Assembly: GCA_002923395.1 (NCBI GenBank)
Contig: BEIK01000003.1
Location: 2,337-66,336 of the forward strand
Source of the DNA: a bacterium HR34
GTDB lineage: Bacteria > Patescibacteriota > Minisyncoccia > Minisyncoccales > HRBIN34
Length of the DNA stretch: 64,000 nt
Direction: 5' to 3'
This document shows, in pieces, positions 63,059 to 64,000 of the stretch; positions within the stretch are counted from its first letter, which is position 1; every line of letters starts with the position of its first letter. A program made the position numbers and the translations under genes. The notes under the pieces were generated by a model, which did no database searches, had not been told where the DNA came from, and saw only the letters and a program-made list of their open reading frames with translations.

Positions 63059-64000
63059 TTAAGGTTGAGATGGTATTTGTTCTTGAGTTGGTATGGTTTG
63101 TTGTTCTGGTTGGCCTCGATTTTCTAGGGGCGCTTTATTTAAATTTTCATCTTTAAAAATAGGTTCTCCTTTTTCAAGTTTTTTGATAATTTCTTTTACT
63201 TGTTCATTGTTTGGGTTTAATTTTTCTACCTCTTTAAATTGTTCTATTGCTTTTTGTATTTCTCCTTGTCTTGCTAAAGTTAAGCCCAAATAGAATCTGG
63301 CGTTTGAATAATTAGGAAACGCTCCAACCAATATCTCGAATTGATTCCTTGCTTTATCGTATTTTTTATTATTGTAATAAACGACTCCTAAATTAAACCT
63401 AATATCAATATTTGCTGGGTCAACTTGCAATGCTTTTTGTAGGGTTTCTACAACTTTTTCTTGATTGCCTTCTTGGTTGTAAACAATGGCTAATTGATTG
63501 TAAGCTGGTATATAGTTTTCTTTTATTGATACAGCTTTTTCAGCATAATTTTTTGCTTCAGCTAAAAGAGTTTTCTTTTCTTCATTGTTATCTTGAATTA
63601 AAGATGCCTTGTATAATTTTAATGAAGCAATTTGCGTCATTACTTCTACATTTTTCGGATATAAAAACAAGACTTTTTCAAATGAGTTTATTGCAGCGTT
63701 CTCTAAACCTTGAATTGGTATTAAGTTGCTGTAAAAGTATCCTCTTTGCCTCCATATTGAGTAATTATTAGGATTTATTTTTTCTAAAATTTGGAATGTA
63801 TCATTTACTGATTGTAATAATTGTCCTCTTTGTATTATTTTTTCATCCTCCTTTAACCCTTGATTATTATTAATTTCAACAAGTTTATTTATTACATTTT
63901 GTATATAGTCCAAGTAGAACAGTGGTTGATTTGGCCAAAGTTGTACGGCTTGCAGGTTTTTATTCATGGCTTCATCTATTTTATTCTGTTGAGATAATTG
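63059..64000 (-). CDS. TPR-repeat protein, C-terminal part; frame is open beyond the window end
   Basis: Multiple TPRs (AYNQLA.VY, RFNLGVVYY, ARFYLGLTL); no stop between 63967 and 64000 in this frame. Confidence 0.8.
   Translation of the reverse strand, partial: QLSQQNKIDEAMNKNLQAVQLWPNQPLFYLDYIQNVINKLVEINNNQGLKEDEKIIQRGQLLQSVNDTFQILEKINPNNYSIWRQRGYFYSNLIPIQGLENAAINSFEKVLFLYPKNVEVMTQIASLKLYKASLIQDNNEEKKTLLAEAKNYAEKAVSIKENYIPAYNQLAIVYNQEGNQEKVVETLQKALQVDPANIDIRFNLGVVYYNNKKYDKARNQFEILVGAFPNYSNARFYLGLTLARQGEIQKAIEQFKEVEKLNPNNEQVKEIIKKLEKGEPIFKDENLNKAPLENRGQPEQQTIPTQEQIPSQP

Overview
Very AT-rich bacterial chromosome segment. Gene content and style (short AlaRS, FtsA-like plus baseplate-J-like gene pair, membrane-anchored MurF-like ligase, no Shine-Dalgarno sequences, unlinked 23S-5S rRNA) suggest Patescibacteria/CPR (Parcubacteria-like); this taxonomy is an inference. 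Most of the window is housekeeping: infA-rpmJ-rpsMKD-rpoA-rplQM-rpsI, secA, 23S-5S rRNA, mreC/mrdA, mur and cell-division genes, aminoacyl-tRNA synthetases, pyrG, hrcA-grpE-hsp20-dnaK-dnaJ with a variant CIRCE, secDF, rplJL with an L10 leader, and mltG. Gene orientation converges at about 42.3 kb, where a palindromic 28-bp dif-like site lies near a single Xer-type recombinase, so the window probably spans the replication terminus. A duplicated dif half-site brackets a 1.4-kb patch of orphan and decayed ORFs. The most unusual signal is a dispersed non-coding element in four copies: a 33-46-bp hairpin with a TTCAC-N3/4-GTGAA-like core and co-varying arms, followed by TACTCATCTYATACA ending exactly 5 nt before a sigma70 -35 box (clear in three copies, degenerate in the fourth). 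Also found: several unannotated micro-ORFs, a GGTCG motif upstream of some genes, a tRNA-like structured RNA candidate beside tRNA-Lys, and an archaeal-type isopentenyl phosphate kinase.
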